DNA of 63,988 bases, the filler included, from Gonapodya sp. JEL0774 (Eukaryota), in the NCBI GenBank assembly GCA_027604505.1. It is 8 parts of 8 records of this genome, joined end to end, with 100 filler letters (N's around TTAATTAATTAA, not from the genome) between each part and the next. Parts side by side here need not be neighbours in the genome. Positions count along the whole stretch, not along the records: positions 48,884 to 56,830 come from JADIIX010000477.1; positions 56,931 to 63,988 come from JADIIX010000538.1; 6 more parts are not named here. One strand, 5' to 3'. Shown in pieces: positions 48,891 through 63,101 of the stretch (position 1 is the first letter of the stretch; each line of letters starts with the position of its first letter). The position numbers and the translations under genes are program-made. The notes beneath the pieces were generated by a model. It was not told the DNA's origin, searched no databases, and saw only the letters and a list, made by a program, of their open reading frames with translations.

Positions 48891-50573
48891 CTAACTCAAA
48901 CCTCTCCTATCTACAACCCATCGTAATATATCGCTGATTGTCACTATTCCCTTCAACTTCCTGCCACTGCCTTCTGGAACCCGCTCTCCGGGTGCATACG
49001 CCCTCCTAACTTCTGGCCGACCTTGCCCCTGCCCCCCCGAGGATGTTTCACTAGCGGAAGCTCGGACGTTGGATTCGGAGCCACTTTGCGATTGCGCAGC
49101 TGTTGGCTCGACGACCACAAAGCGGTGAACCTTGTGAGAAGCGAGTGTTTGCAGAAGGGAGAGGAGGGTATCGGATGTTTGGCAAAGATGAACGCGGAGG
49201 TGGTCCTAGAGTTCAGGAGGGACCAAATTATAGAAAGGGCGTAAACGTTCTTAGAAGCCTCTGCGCACTCACCATTGAACTACGATATCGTACCGCTTCG
49301 CCAACAGGAGCGTCCCAGTCCATGATAACGTTCGTATGGCGCAACACTGATAGAACATCATACTTTTCAAAAACATCGAGGACTTCGTCTAAGACGGAAG
49401 AATGGAATGGGATGTTATCGAAAGGTCACGAAGACATCCCCATCAATCGTCGGAGGCCCCAGGTTCCCCGCTTTTACTGGCAAAGCAACTCACCATTTTC
49501 ATCTACAATCGGGACTGCAGATATTCCCCTCTTGGTGAATAAATCTACCACAGCCCCGACTGGATGCTTGAACGTAACCGACGCAACGTCTGGTACGAAA
49601 GTTCCGATGTGCATGTCCGCCAGAGTGATTTGCCCGAAAAGTTCGGCGTTGAGGAACTAAAAAGGGATTAAATAGACAAATCAGCGTCCTCGGGAGGAAC
49701 ATTTGCAGCAGTCATCAAAGCAGTTTCTTTGGAATACGGATGGGTAGTGGACCGCCCAATCAACGCATACGCGCTCATTCCGATAAGAAGTCACTGATTC
49801 ATCGGGAGACATGGTAAGTCCCGATATACTCACGTTTTGCGCGATGTACTTCACTAATCGGAACTGAGTAACTAGTCCCACCACGTTTTCGAATCCTTCC
49901 GCGTTGTCCACAACAGGCATACGATTGACGCCATTGATCAACATGACCTCACACGCCTCGAGGAGCGACTGATTTGGATGTGCGGACAAGAGGTGGAGAG
50001 GAAGGACCCTAGTGTTGTATAGGATCTCTGCACGCCACGAGCGAACAGGAGTGGACAAAGAGTGAGGACCGCATATCCATAGCACGAATGCCGTGTATAT
50101 ATGGGCCGAATATCGAAAGTGAGGTTGGCTCGAGGAACACACACATTGGAGTTATTGTACCTTTCATTCGATTCACATCCATGTGGGTCACTTCATCACG
50201 GGCGTCTTCTATCGGTGTCTGAAGCCTTCGATAGTACTTGGCAAGCTGCATAAAATCGGATACAGTGAGCATTCCGGCACATGTTGACGAGGTGCTGTTC
50301 CAAAGAGGAGCGGCATGTAGAGAATTCGCTACTAGCGCGGCGACCGACTTGGTGACGGGGAGCGAAACGTCGAAAACACAGAGCTTTGCGGAGACAGGTA
50401 GAAGATCATAGCTTGATGATCAATCGATGTGAATTGTGATGATGGAAACGGTGGCTTGAAAATCGTAATATAAACGCGATCGCATAGAGTGACCCGCACC
50501 AATTTTTTCTCCTCAGATTCTCAGTGAGATACTCTCGTGCAGCCTGCGATCGCTTTCGTGTTTCAACGTCCAT
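48891..50573 (-). CDS. SNF4: AMPK/SNF1 gamma subunit (CBS domains); multi-exon, start codon uncertain
   Basis: YDLLPVSAKLCVFDVSLPVTKSVAALVANSLHAAPLWNS..GMLTVSDF; VNRMPVVD; ISAVPIVDENG; KLKGIVTISDILRWV. Confidence 0.88.
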
Positions 50574-50680
50574 TGCGACGTCGAGGATTTGGGGTGAGAG
50601 TGGCCATGCGTGACAGGGTCTGACAATACGACTGTGCATAACACTCGTGCTTCAATCTGGAAGTACCAAGTAAAGGCAGC

Positions 50681-53600
50681 ATGACAGACCCTCCAGCAAC
50701 ATCAGGACGTCTCAGCCGCGCGTCGGTAGCCGCTCCGGAGCCTGCGCATTTCCCCTCGGTTGAACCACCCGTCTGGCTCTCGTCTCTCGCTTCAGACTTA
50801 TCCTCTGGCATGTCGTCAGTCGGCAGCACCCTAAGAAGCTTACCTGATAAGCTTCCCTACTTGCCAGGTGTAATTAGCGTCCCATTTTCTGCAGCTGGAC
50901 CTGCTACTGTAGCAGAAACTCGGGAGTCTGAGCTTGAAGAAGTCCCTCGTCGGGACAATGACCTCAGTCATTCTGAGTCTGCCACGGAACTACGCTCGGT
51001 TCTGAATGGAATGATTGACGGTCATCAGGTGGATAAAGGGTCACCGGACATTCGAGAAACGGAGTTGGATGTGGAACCAGACCCGCCAGTACCACCAACA
51101 CATGCAGGCACTCTGAGGGGAGAGGAGCGTTGGGACGATTTGAGCTGGCTTCCCCCGATCATGTCTCATCAAAAACCAACATGTGGGTTCCCGACCTCCG
51201 TAGCGTCCATTTGCGGAACCACGTTGTTCAATTCTACAACCAATGAATTGATTCATCAGCTGGCCGCCTGCACATCTTCGTAATTCGTGTCTCCATGGAT
51301 CAAAAACTTGTGAAAATCTCTAGCCCGTACATCAGCGTGACGCTCGGCGACCAGGTGTACGAGACTGTTGTTTCTGGATTTCCGGATGGACGATGGTGAG
51401 TGTTCGACCTGTAATCTTCCGAACAGGATCGACCTCAAGAATCTTACTGTAACATTTCAGGAATGCCGGTTTGTACGCAATGACCACGAGTGATCACGGC
51501 AACGAGCACTAATCGCCCCCCCCTGCTGTTGCAGGCTTTGACTTGGGTGTCCCATTACACTTTCAACTGTTTGGTTCGATTCAGCTCGATCTCTTCAACG
51601 CCAATTCGTTTCTTGCAGATCGTCATATCGGTCGCGCGGAGATTCGACTGAGCGAGTTGGAATGCATGCCAAATGGTGAGAGCTTCCAGTCGGTCTTTGC
51701 CAGTTGCGAGGCCTCGCCAAATCATTTACGGCATTTTCCCAGAATTTGTGAGCTGGTACGAAATCTGGGACAAAGAGAAGAGTCTCAGCAATATTAGTCA
51801 CCCGGCACTTCAGAAACACTTGGGTGCGAGTACCAACTTAGGTGCGTGAAAGTCGTCATGAGGTGCCACCAGGACCTAAACTAAACGTACCAGCTATGTT
51901 TTGAGGCGCTGTGCAAGTCCGTATTCTTTACCAGTATCAGCACCTATCGCCCGTGTCACCAGCGCCGCTCCCGACTCCCGACACCACAAATTCTGCTCAT
52001 GAACGCTCGAGTATCCCAAACCCCACTGAAACATCAACCAGTGAATTGATGGCAGAAGCTAGCACCACGGCTACCGCAAAGGATTTGATGATGTCTCATC
52101 CTGTTGGCACACCATCAAACCCGGATGATCCCAAAAAGTCCCGGAACGAAACTTCACCCTCAGCGTTTGGGGTGGACCTTAAATCGACTTCATCTGATCG
52201 AGCCCGCGCACCATCGGAAAGTCTACAGTCGGCGTCAACCACTGAATCGCACATCTTCGTGGATCCCATCTTCAGTTCCGGATCAGTTGATGACGGAACG
52301 CTCACCACCACTATCTTGGACGGTATCGCGAGTGCTACCTCCTCTACTGAGCTTTTGTCACTCGTCCGGGTGGTGGCCAAGCTTCTAGCTCTCTTCGGGC
52401 AAGGTGTGGAATACACGAATCTGGAGCTTTTCGGGGGACTTAAGTTGCTTGAGAAGTACTACAGAACATACCACGGAGGTAGGAAGGTGGGAAGGGACAA
52501 GGGACTCAAAGAGGTTAAGAAATTGGAAGCGATGGCGGAGGCGAAGTGGAACTGGAGATTTGCAATGGCTGCTTGTGAGTCAACTACTGGACTCGCACCG
52601 TTTCGTCCGTAGTGCTGGACAAAATCGCGATCCTCAACTCGCAGACGGATGGGTAGGCATCACGTTCCAGACAAATACCAACGGAGCAGCGATTGCAGCT
52701 TTAACACCTGGTAAACTCCTCACGGCAAAACCAGACGCGGCTTCTGTGGTGGATTACCTTCAAATACCTAAGGAACACCTATTGGATGGGGTGTTCAATG
52801 ATAGCAAAGTGTTCATACCGGTGTACTACGTTGCGGTCGGTGAGTGCATAGTTTCCGTCGACGAGGTGCTTGAAATCTCACGCAGAATTATTAAAAACTT
52901 GATACTCAGATCAGAGCAAGGAAACGATAGTGTTTGCAATCCGGGGATCGCTTGTCAGTGCTCTGTGCAGCTAGTTGCAGAAGGTCCATTAGTGGTGACA
53001 GTTTATTCCTCGTTTCCAGTCCGCTCGTGACGCGCTCACAGACCTCATCTGCCTATATGATCGTTATAATGGTGGTTTTGTCCACTCCGGCATGCTTCGT
53101 GCTGCGCAATGGTTTCTAGCGAACGAGATACCCAAGTGTCGACAATATCTGAAAACGTGGGGATATAAGAAGCTCAGGATTGTGGGACACAGCTTAGGTG
53201 CGGGGACGGCGACTTTGCTGGCGATGTTAGGTGAATTTAAGTGTGTTTGAAGCCCCTCTCGGACCACTTCTCAAACTTTTGAGCTGTAACTACTCGAAAC
53301 AGTTGTGGATTCTGGTCCGTCCCTTTGGGTTGATCACACTGGAGAAGGTATCGACGGAATCGAAGTGTCATGCTGGGCCTTTGCTGTAAGTAACTACAAT
53401 ACTCATATGACTGACCGGGGCTTACTACATTTTACACCCATACGAAGAGTCCCGCTGTTGCAAGCAAAGAGCTCACCTGCAGGCCAGAGTACAAAGCTGT
53501 TATTAAGACTGTCGTAGTTGCGTATGATCTTGTACCTCGGTGAGTGGCATCGAGTTTGCACCGCATTGCTGTTTATAGTGGTAAATGACTTCGAGCTCGG

Positions 53601-54362
53601 TCTTCCAGAATGAGTTATGGTTCCTTTTCCGATCTAAAAGCGCTTCTGATTTGTGCCGTGGAGGCGAGCCGAAACGACTCATCTTGGGACCTTTTGAAAG
53701 TGCGTGAGCTTTTTTGTGGCTATCTCCAGGTCAGGATATGCACCCAGATCGCTGACCGTGTACTGTCGGCTCAGTTTCTCTCATCAACCCCGTCCAACCC
53801 ACCGCGAACCCTTGAAGACAAACTCTCGCTTATCCACGAGTGCCGGTATCGCCTCGGAATCGACCAGCCATCAGCTAAACCTTTAAACCCCAAACTCTTT
53901 CCCGTTGGTGAAATTTTATACTTGCTCAAGCCGGAGGACGAACCGGGTTACCATGGAAAAGCTGGAAAGGAAGAGAATATAGTTGGTGCTGGTTCAAGTA
54001 TAGCGGCAGCACAGAAGGCTAGGCAGAGAGGGGATTGGAGATTGTTTACCGTTGACGCGACCGAGTTTGATGAAATTATTATCCGGATGAGGTCTGTTGG
54101 TTCACACTCTCTTTGCGTCTCTTGGAGATTCATTTCGTCTGTAATAATTCGATCGACTCCCCGCACCACACATTTCAGTATGTTCGTGGATCATTTCCCC
54201 TCTACTTACGACGGTGCTTTCACATCAGCGTTCTACGCAATGATGATCCGCAGCGGTCGGCTCCTGAGGGATGAAAACAAGGACGAGGAAGTGGTTCTGG
54301 ACGAAATGGAATTAAAAGACTTGAAGGGCCTTGGACGGTCCACTACGGCGAGTTCGAGGTGA
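50681..54362 (+). CDS. C2-domain + class 3 lipase (DAG-lipase-like); multi-exon
   Basis: C2-like IQLDLFNANSFLADRHIGRAEIRLSEL; VFAIRG; GGFVHSGM; nucleophile elbow IVGHSLGAGTATLL; MFVDHFPSTY. Confidence 0.8.
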
Positions 54363-55012
54363 TAGTTGTACTATCGCATTTGTAGATAGGAAAGGCGACT
54401 TTCAGCTCGGATGAGAGCTGGAGTTGCGGAGCTAATGCGGCGCTGCATTGAATCGTGACGTTTGAATAATCAGCGGCCGGGGAGGCCAAGCCATCTCATC
54501 ACCAATAATGCATAGTTTTGTAATTATTACTCATATTGTCGAGTACAAAATGTCTAAGTTTTGTTCAAAAACGCCACAGAACCGATGACGGAGGATGCTC
54601 GTGAAATGCAACGTAATCTTCGTCCCTTCCACCTCCTCTGTTTGGAGCTTCGTAAGCGAGATTTCCAACTAACTGTTTCATTGGCAATCGGGTAGGGGCG
54701 AGCACGATTTGCTTGAAAGTGCAGCTGTACCCTGTCCCTGTCCACAATGAGTGAGGACCCTCTCCCTCCTCCAGTTATGTTGAGGGCCCAAAGTCAAACA
54801 AGTGAGTCACCCGAATAACGAATCGAAAAGCAGTTCACACAAACCTCCTACTAGTCTTCGAGTGGTTCTTAAGTGAGATGAGGCGGTTGCTGTCGAACCC
54901 CCGTTTATCCGCTGATCGCAAAATCGCACCCAGGGATTATGAAAGTGCGTGAAAAGGGGATCAGCCGTGTCTCATCACAACTACAAAGCTTCAACCAAAT
55001 TACAACCTTCGC

Positions 55013-56279
55013 ATGGCTCAATTGCGCTCGATAACCAAAAAGTTCGGCGCTAAACCGACAACAGAGGGTCCTGGTGTCGCCATCTATCGCTCCGTTGGTG
55101 ATCTACCACTCAAATACTTCGACCCTTTCCTGCTACTTGACGGTAACACATCGAATTCTTCGCCTGGTGCTGTCAAACTTTTAGATAACATCTTCCTTCG
55201 TATTACATCCAGAATTCTCCGTCGGTGGTGGCCCCGCAGGCTTTCCGGATCACCCACACAGGGGCCTCGAAACGCTCACGTACTTGTTTAAGGGCAAAAC
55301 TCTGGTACGTGAGATGCATTCATACTTATTTGCAGAAACGTTTCTTGATACATCATTGCGTATTAAGCATGAGGACTTCATGGGCAACAAAGGTGTTATG
55401 ACTGCCGGCGGCGTTCAGTGGATGCGAGCTGGAAAGGCAATTGTCCATTGCGAGGGTCCCGCTGACATAGACAACCATGGAATGCAGTGAGTTATCAAGC
55501 GTGACTGACTGACCGACAGTCCCTGTGTCATCACTCTATCTCCATTGTAACTGCCAACTAGGCTCTGGGTCAATCTGCCGAGCCGTGCAAAATTCATCGA
55601 TCCCCACTTCTTCGAGTACAATGCTTCTGAGCTACCAACTCCAGCTCTTCCTAACAATGCCGGCAAAGTTAAGATTATCGCTGGTGATGCCTTTGAAGAA
55701 ACGGCAAGAATTAAGCATGTCACTCCGGTAACTTTCCACCACTATTTCCTGAAGCCGAGCAAATCCGTTGAAATGGTAAGATTTCAGCTGCAGTTGCCAC
55801 CCAACAAAATTGCGACGAAAGCGGTGGCTGCACTTGGGTGACTGTTATACATTCCATGCCTGGCAGCACGTTCCATCCTCATACAACGCCCTCATGTACG
55901 TATTGAAAGGCAAAGGAAAGTTTGGGACCAACTCAGTCGAAGGCCACCCTCGAGAAACATTGGTCGCGGAACAAGACGGTGACACCATCCTCGCAACAGC
56001 TGGTGACGAGGATTTGGAGTACCTCCTCCTTGCTGGAGAACCATTGAACGAGCCAGTAGTATCGGTAAATATTGTTGCCCTTCACAAGGAATTTTGAATC
56101 ATATTTGCTAACGTGTTTTCCTCTCTTTGCGTTGCTGACAGTGTTAGAGAGGACCCTTCGTGATGAATACAAACCAAGAAATCCTTGAATGTATCGCGGA
56201 TTTCCAAGCAAAGAAAAACGGGTTTGAGATGGCAGAAAACTGGCAGAGTGATCTGAGCAAGAACATGTGGGTTGATTGA
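55013..56279 (+). CDS. Pirin (bicupin); multi-exon
   Basis: DPFLLLD|EF, GFPDHPHRGLETLTY, HEDFMGNKG, VQWMRAGKAIVHCE, LWVNLP, LLAGEPLNEPVV, GPFVMNT. Confidence 0.95.
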
Positions 56280-56930
56280 TTTGGCGGGTCTCCGTTCGCC
56301 CTACATGCTGATCCGCCCTTGCGACAGGGGACGCGCACCCAGAAAGAATTGGCCATAATGTGGCGATTTGTAGGCAGAACCCGATTCGGAATGGGATATG
56401 ATCGTTTATCGTAGAGAATATTTGGTTGTTTTCATTACTCAATATAATGTACAGGAGAACACCGGACCACGACGAGGTCCTTCCAAGTGATATGTAGACA
56501 CCAAAGATTGCAAGTCGATTTCAAGCGCATTTTGTGCTGTGACATCCCGATGCTGTGTCATGGGCTGACAATGCAATACAATTTACGAGACTTTTTCCCA
56601 ATCAATTCTCACAATGAACATCACCCATCTCCCAACCGAAATGTTCGAGCATCTTATCTCCTTCGTCTAATACCGTGACCTCTTGTCCTGTGAGCTTGTG
56701 AGCACGCAATGGCGAGCGATCGTGTTGGGATCGTGGGTTGTCTGGAGCCGAGAAGCAGCTGAACGACGGAAGATGAGAATTTCCTGATAGCTTTCGATTG
56801 TGAGGGCATTGTGGCAAAGATATGGATGGGNNNNNNNNNNNNNNNNNNNNNNNNNNNNNNNNNNNNNNNNNNNNTTAATTAATTAANNNNNNNNNNNNNN
56901 NNNNNNNNNNNNNNNNNNNNNNNNNNNNNN

Positions 56931-57207
56931 ACTGGGGATCGACGGATGACACCAAGGATGATGAATCCTTTGTCATCAGCAAATGAGCGGTCAAATGAGT
57001 GCGAGACGCACCCATCGCAACCTCCAAAGCAAAGTACATGGACATGACCATGGCGACATACGCCGCCACGAGCTCCCTCCCTGCGATTCTGATTCCACCC
57101 AAGAGATACCCCTTATCCTCCAGCCATGGCTTCACGGCGTACAATCCGCCGATCGCTGCCCCAGAAAGAATCAGTGATGTAAGAAGGGACCGTCCAGATG
57201 ACGTCAT
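56931..57207 (-). CDS. 5' part of an unidentified membrane protein, cut by contig start
   Basis: MTSSGRSLLTSLILSGAAIGGLYAV..LVAAYVAMVMSMYFALEV has two hydrophobic segments followed by a GTGCGT donor. Confidence 0.45.
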
Positions 57208-57500
57208 TGTTCTCGTGTGGGAGACGGAAGAAAGGTTTGTTTGGTTGGGTGGATGGTTCGGTGCCACAGTTGTCCGTGCCGATGCTTCGCCGAGGAGTTT
57301 CAGGAACGACGAGCGGTGCTTTATTATATATTATATTGCACACTTTGCGTATACCACATGCGTTCCCCGGAATCATTATTACTTATGAATTCGGGGCAAA
57401 TGACTGAGAATTGTTTTTGGTCATGTTGCGGGTTGCAGATTGCCCCGTTCAGGATGTGACCGCTCATGCTCAACAACAGAGAGAATATGTCACAAAACCT

Positions 57501-58507
57501 CTACTTTTTGTCCAGTACATCACTGGCGACATCTACTGGGAGTAGCGCTTGCACAGTCCGCCGACGTCGATGCCAAAGGAGTAATCCCACGAAAATGCCA
57601 GTGACCACACAGGCACTGACAACTATCCCAGCAATTGCTCCTGTACTCAATCCAGTGGTATCTGAAGTACCCTTGACGAGGTTTAATCGGACGTTGGAGT
57701 CAGTGTATGAACTTTCCGAGTTCACGCAGGTTCTCATGGTTCCATTGTTACACATCCCCGTGTTGAGTGGTTCCGAGGTGCAGTTTCTCTTGCACTCCGA
57801 GTCGGCACATGTTGTCACTGTGTCGCAATCGTATTTTCGCCATGAACTTGCAGAGATAGTGGGATTCCGAGAATCGGCCTGGACTTTGTGTACTAGTACA
57901 CAAACGCCAGTCCGAAACCCACTGCGTGAGAAACGACTGATTGAGTTCTCGAAAAGTGGGCACTCCTGTTCGCTCGAAGAGTTGCTGAGGGTTCTGTCTA
58001 TAAACACAAACGGCTGTGCTGTCAAGTGACGGACCATTTGAGTTTAGCGGAATGCCAAGGACACATGATCATTCAGTACCTACATGCCCAATCAGGGGAG
58101 CCCAATGTATTCCTCAGAAAGTCAGTGGAGTTTGAAACAGGAAGATCGATGCATCCTACTCCGAGGCTGAAGGTTAGGTTTTGCGGATTCGACGAACTGT
58201 TCTTGTAGATGGTTTGTACGTCGAGACATCCAGACCCTGTGAAAAGTGAATCCAGGCGTTCACATAGTGTATCCAAGACGCCGCGGTAATCTACATCAAT
58301 TGAGAAGGTCTGCGGGATGCCTGTATCACGATTGACAGGAGGAATCGTCAGATCTAATGATCCAAGGTCACGTTTATCAGACCTTGTTTCATGAGAGAAC
58401 CTACCGGTGCAGTTTGGTTTGTCGTACAAAAGTGTGATGTAGTTTTTCAGTCCCGAGATGGGTGTAACGAGCACCACGACCAACACCAGGGGAATTGTGC
58501 GTTTCAT
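57501..58507 (-). CDS. Single-pass type I membrane protein with a Cys-rich ectodomain
   Basis: Signal-peptide-like MKRTIPLVLVVVLVTPISG, multiple Cys and N-x-S/T sites, TM GLSTGAIAGIVVSACVVTGIFVGLLLW followed by HRRRR. Confidence 0.7.
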
Positions 58508-59071
58508 ATTGGCCAGCAGTGGGAGAACGGTCCTTGGAGTGAAATGGTGCGACTTTTGAACCGAGATACGGTGCCACGAGTAATTTCCTCTTGTAATGTG
58601 CTTTCCTTAGTTGTGCTTGGTCGCCTCCTCAGGCATGTGGTCTCCCAACACAGTTCCCACTCAAAGGATTGGTGGTTGGGATTGGCAATCTTCGATGTCA
58701 ATAATAGCGAGTCAAGCCTTTTTGTGGGAATTCATTCTCAATCCATCACAAGGCCGGCTCCCACGGTGTAGCGAAAGTCCAGATGGGTTGCACCGATGAA
58801 TCGTCCCGTGGTTGAGAACCGGAATCTTTCTTGTTCCCGCCAAACTGCCAGTATCGTCAGGTAGCAGGAGCGAGTAGTGTGCTCGTGGTTAGTTAGTCAC
58901 TAGTGTCCCAGACTCGCAAACGTCATCAGTGCCATTACATAAAGCACTTGTTACCGCGCTCCATTTGTTCTTGTAATTTGGACAACAATGAATTGACGTC
59001 GATATGCATACATATGAACGAAATTCAGCAAAGGAGCAAGCACTAGTCCCACTCATCCCTCATCCACCACT

Positions 59072-62000
59072 ATGCCTCGGAACCTCCATCACATTGCAAG
59101 GTCCCTGCAGATGGGGGGCTCCAGCAAAGCACAAAGCTCTAATGGCTCAGTCTCGGGGCTTCTCATCGTCGGCAGGCTAGCGCTGGTGCTGGTTTTCATT
59201 GCACTGTCCGGTCACACGGGTCATGCATCACCCATTCACCATCAGCGAGGAGGACGCCCATTCACAGCGGTGGATCTTGTCACGGTGCCAAGAGTTGGGG
59301 GTGCTGGTCAGTTTTTTAGCCATAGTGCTCTTCGATCATGAACCGAATCGTGCCAGCGCTCAACTCTCTCTTCCGTCCTTCGGCATTTCGACATTGCCTC
59401 AAGTCCCGTCTCCTGACGGCCTTCTAGCGGCATTCACAGTCTATCGATACAATGAAACCGACAACTCCAAAACCCGAAACATCTGGGTAAGCCCCATCGG
59501 CGACTGTGTCGCGGTTTCACACAAGCTGGAGTTGATAAACGAATCCCCCTCAAGCTCCTCAACCTCGCTACCGATGACGCTTTTCCCGTGACAGAGGCTT
59601 GCACGTCGCACGACGATAGCTCGCCCGTGTGGCTTGCTGCCCGCGAGCTCGCATTCTTATCCACGAGGTCAAAGAGCAGTCAATTGTGGGTGGTTACGGT
59701 GCCGGAGAGTCATGGACCGCTGCCGGCAGCGACACAGCTGACAGACTATCCCGTCGGTTATTATCAATTGAAATCGTGCAGTACTTCTGGGGTGGCCTCA
59801 CTTCATTGTTCGTAAATTCGACAGATATCGGCAATCCCAAGTTCCGCGCTGCCCCAGCGAACATCCTTGCATTCACCGCGACCGTGTACTCAGATGGTAG
59901 CATGGACAGTGGGTTTTCGGTCCGCGTCTCTTCCAGTGTTCTTCGTAATCCCTTCACCACTGCTCGTTGCTCGTGTGCTTCTGTCAGCCGCCGCCGCAAA
60001 GAACGCCGTCCTCGCCGCCCAACACTCCTCGGGCGTGGTTTTCGACTCTCTTTTCGTCCGCCACTGGGATACCTACGCAACACCTGGAGCGTTTGAACAA
60101 CTCTTTGTCGTGCCGGTCTCCCTTTCCGGAGGCAAAGTGGAGCTTGGCGGTCAGCCACGCAACGTTATGGCCGGAACCGGTCTAGAAACTCCGGTGAAGC
60201 CGTTCGGTGGAGAGAATGATTTTGATATCGCTCCGGATGGGAGTCGGGTGGCATTTTCCGCGAGGCCGAATGATGGGAAGCAGGTGAGAAACGCAAAAGT
60301 TTGGAACAAGCGCTTGGTTTATCCCCAACGACCGTTCACCCTCCTGCCAACAGGCCTGGTCCACTAACACGGACATTTACCTGGTCAACCTTCCAAGCAA
60401 CCTCGCCGACTTGTCAGTCGCTTTACCTCCGCCGGTGTCCATCACTTCTGCGAACTTAGGCTACGACACCAACCCGTCTTTCTCACCAAACTCGAAGCTC
60501 CTAGGTGAGTGGATTATGGTTTCGATGTAGGCTGCGCGAATCTCAAGCACACTCCACTCGCATTTCCAATGTATCAACTCGAAACAGCCTACCACGAAAT
60601 GACCACTCCAGGCTTTGAAGCTGATCGGTCGCGTCTCGTTCTCAGGGATCTCTCCCAACCGGGGCCAGTGGCACTGACGGAGTCGTGGGATCGCAGTGTC
60701 ACGAGCTCTTTGTGGAGCCCAGATGGGAACAGTCTGTACGTGACAGCTGAAGAAGAAGCGAGGGGTAAAGTGTTCAGGGTGGGTTTGAATGGGGAGGTGG
60801 TGACACGTGAGTTCCGCAGATACTGTGCTCGTGAGCCCCTGCTTTGAGCTGACACTGTGGCTTCATCCCGTAGTCACCAGCGAAGGCACTTGCTCCTCCG
60901 TTTCCTTCCTCCCCAGCACCGAACCAACGCTTCTGCTCCAGTGCTCCACTGCCCATTCGCCCCCCGAAATCTACACCCTCTCCCCATCATCCGAGTCGCT
61001 GCCAAGGCAGCGCACACACATCACGGACCCTGCCATGTCCGGCTTGTGGACGACTCCATTGGACGAACTTTGGTTTTATGGGGCGGATTGTCAGGGCAAA
61101 CTAGAGTGTGATTTGGTGCATGCGTTGATTTGGGAGCCCTACGGTTACTGGGAGGAGGAGAATGCGGACAAGATATGGCCCGTGAGACATAATTCGTCGC
61201 CGCATTACTGTAAATTGCGCACGAGGACTGAATCAATTATCTGCAAAACTACAGGTTGCGTTCCTTATCCACGGAGGTCCGCAAGGTGCATGGTCCGACT
61301 CCTGGTCCACGCGATGGAACCCGCAGATTTTCGCCAGCGCGGGCTACTTTGTCGTCGCTGTGAATCCCACCGGGTCAACGGGCTACGGGCAACACTTTAC
61401 CGACGGCGTCAGCAAGCACTGGGGCGGTGCTCCGTTCAAGGATCTGATGGCCGGATTGGACGCTGTGATCGATATCTGGGGTGCAAAGGTACAAGAAATG
61501 CAGGGTATGGACGGTATCAGACTCGTGAGTGTGGGGAAGAAGGGTGCAGGTGCCACAGAGGATGCTCGAGTGAGGATCGACCCGGGTCGAGTTTGCGCTC
61601 TGGGCGCATCGTACGGCGGATGTGAGTTGGGATAACCTTGACTTCGTTCGCTCGTTCGGACCTGGCTCCACACAACCTGAAATCAACTCTCTCGCTTCGC
61701 ACAGACATGATCAATTGGATCAACGGCCACACCGACCGCTTCAAGTGCCTTGTCAACCACGACGGCATTTTGAACACCGTAGCTGCATACTACGGTACCG
61801 AAGAACTGTGGTTCCCCGAGTGGGAGTTTGGTGGTCCTCCATGGCAACACAAGGCGCGGAGTCTGTACGAGAAGTGAGTGCAGCCCAATTACCATCTCGC
61901 ACGTACGTGCGGCCAACAATCTTACTCCTTTTTGTAAAGATGGAATCCCGAGCACTTCGTCCACAACTGGAAGACTCCCACGCTCGTTGTTCACTCCGCC

Positions 62001-62180
62001 CGTGACTTCCGTCTCCCACTCACCGAGGGTCTCGGCACCTTTACCGCGTTGCAGAGGCGGGGTATCGAGAGCCGGTTACTGTTCTTCCCAGATGAGAACC
62101 ACTGGGTTCTGAAACCTGCAAATGGATTGGTGTGGCACCGGGAGGTAGTGGGGTGGTTGGATCAGCATCTCAAGGGGTAG
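59072..62180 (+). CDS. Dipeptidyl-peptidase V-like S9 serine peptidase; multi-exon
   Basis: [39 protein letters not shown], nucleophile [26 protein letters not shown]. Stop TAG at 62178-62180. Confidence 0.93.
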
Positions 62181-62635
62181 GCAGGTGGATGTACAACTCC
62201 TGAATACGTTGCATATTTTTTGGGGGGTATTCTATTCGCTTCGCTTCCACTTCATACATTTACAGCTATACTGTAGTCGTAATATAAGGAGCTTTCACCA
62301 AAATACTTATGTTCGTCCGGCACAGAACCAAGCTATACGCGCCCTAGCGGGGAAGCTGATATAGACGTGAACCAAAAAGAGAAAAAGAAACAAGGGAGGG
62401 GTATGAAACTGAAGATAGGATGACAATACTCACAAGCGCGAAGAACAACATGGCGGTCTCGAGGCCGTCCGAGCCCACCCGCGACACCAACCCCGCTCTC
62501 AGGCAATCTTAACCAGGCAAGCACAAGGGCCTTGCCTTTCCCAGGGGGTCAAAGTGGACCATCAAACCTGATTGATGAAGGCCTACCACCGGCCAGGTCT
62601 TCCAGGACTCCAGAGACCGGCTTTATCCCAGTTAC

Positions 62636-63101
62636 GGGCCGATTACCACATCGGCCAAGATGAGCGGCGTTTGTGGCAAGAGACGCGGAGAGCGAGGTTC
62701 AGATGTCTCGAGTGAGCCTGTGGAGTGAGAAAGAGGTGAAACGTGGACGTTAGGAATGTGATATCAAAACTGTTCCGGCGCCAGGCTGGGTGTTCGGGGA
62801 GGAGCTTTCGTTTGGACCGCAAAGAGGTTCGATTCACCGAAACTGTCCTGCAAAAAGGTCCTCACAGTGCTGACGGCCCAAAAGCATGCGCCGAGGAGGG
62901 GCAGGTTGATGAGGGATTCTGTCGAGACCGAATAGTACCACTCGAGGGCGTGAACGCGCCTTTGACGTGTGTCACAGAGTGAATGGTGGCATCCCAGCCT
63001 TGAGCGCAAGCAGCTCGATTACTGTGGGCCGGGTACCACATCGGCCAAGGATAAGTGGCGGTTGTGGCAAGAGACGGGTAGAGCGATGTTCGGATGTCTC
63101 G
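62636..63101 (+). repeat. Degenerate ~70-bp direct repeat about 390 bp apart
   Basis: taccacatcggccaag-atgagcggcgtttgtggcaagagacgcggagagcgaggttcagatgtctcg (62644-62710) versus taccacatcggccaaggataagtggcggttgtggcaagagacgggtagagcgatgttcggatgtctcg (63034-63101). Confidence 0.8.

Noticed and set aside
8116..56930. Recurring TTAATTAATTAA flanked by N-runs at ~8-kb spacing
   Set aside because: Artificial contig linker, not a biological repeat or CRISPR array. ORFs running into the X residues are artefacts.
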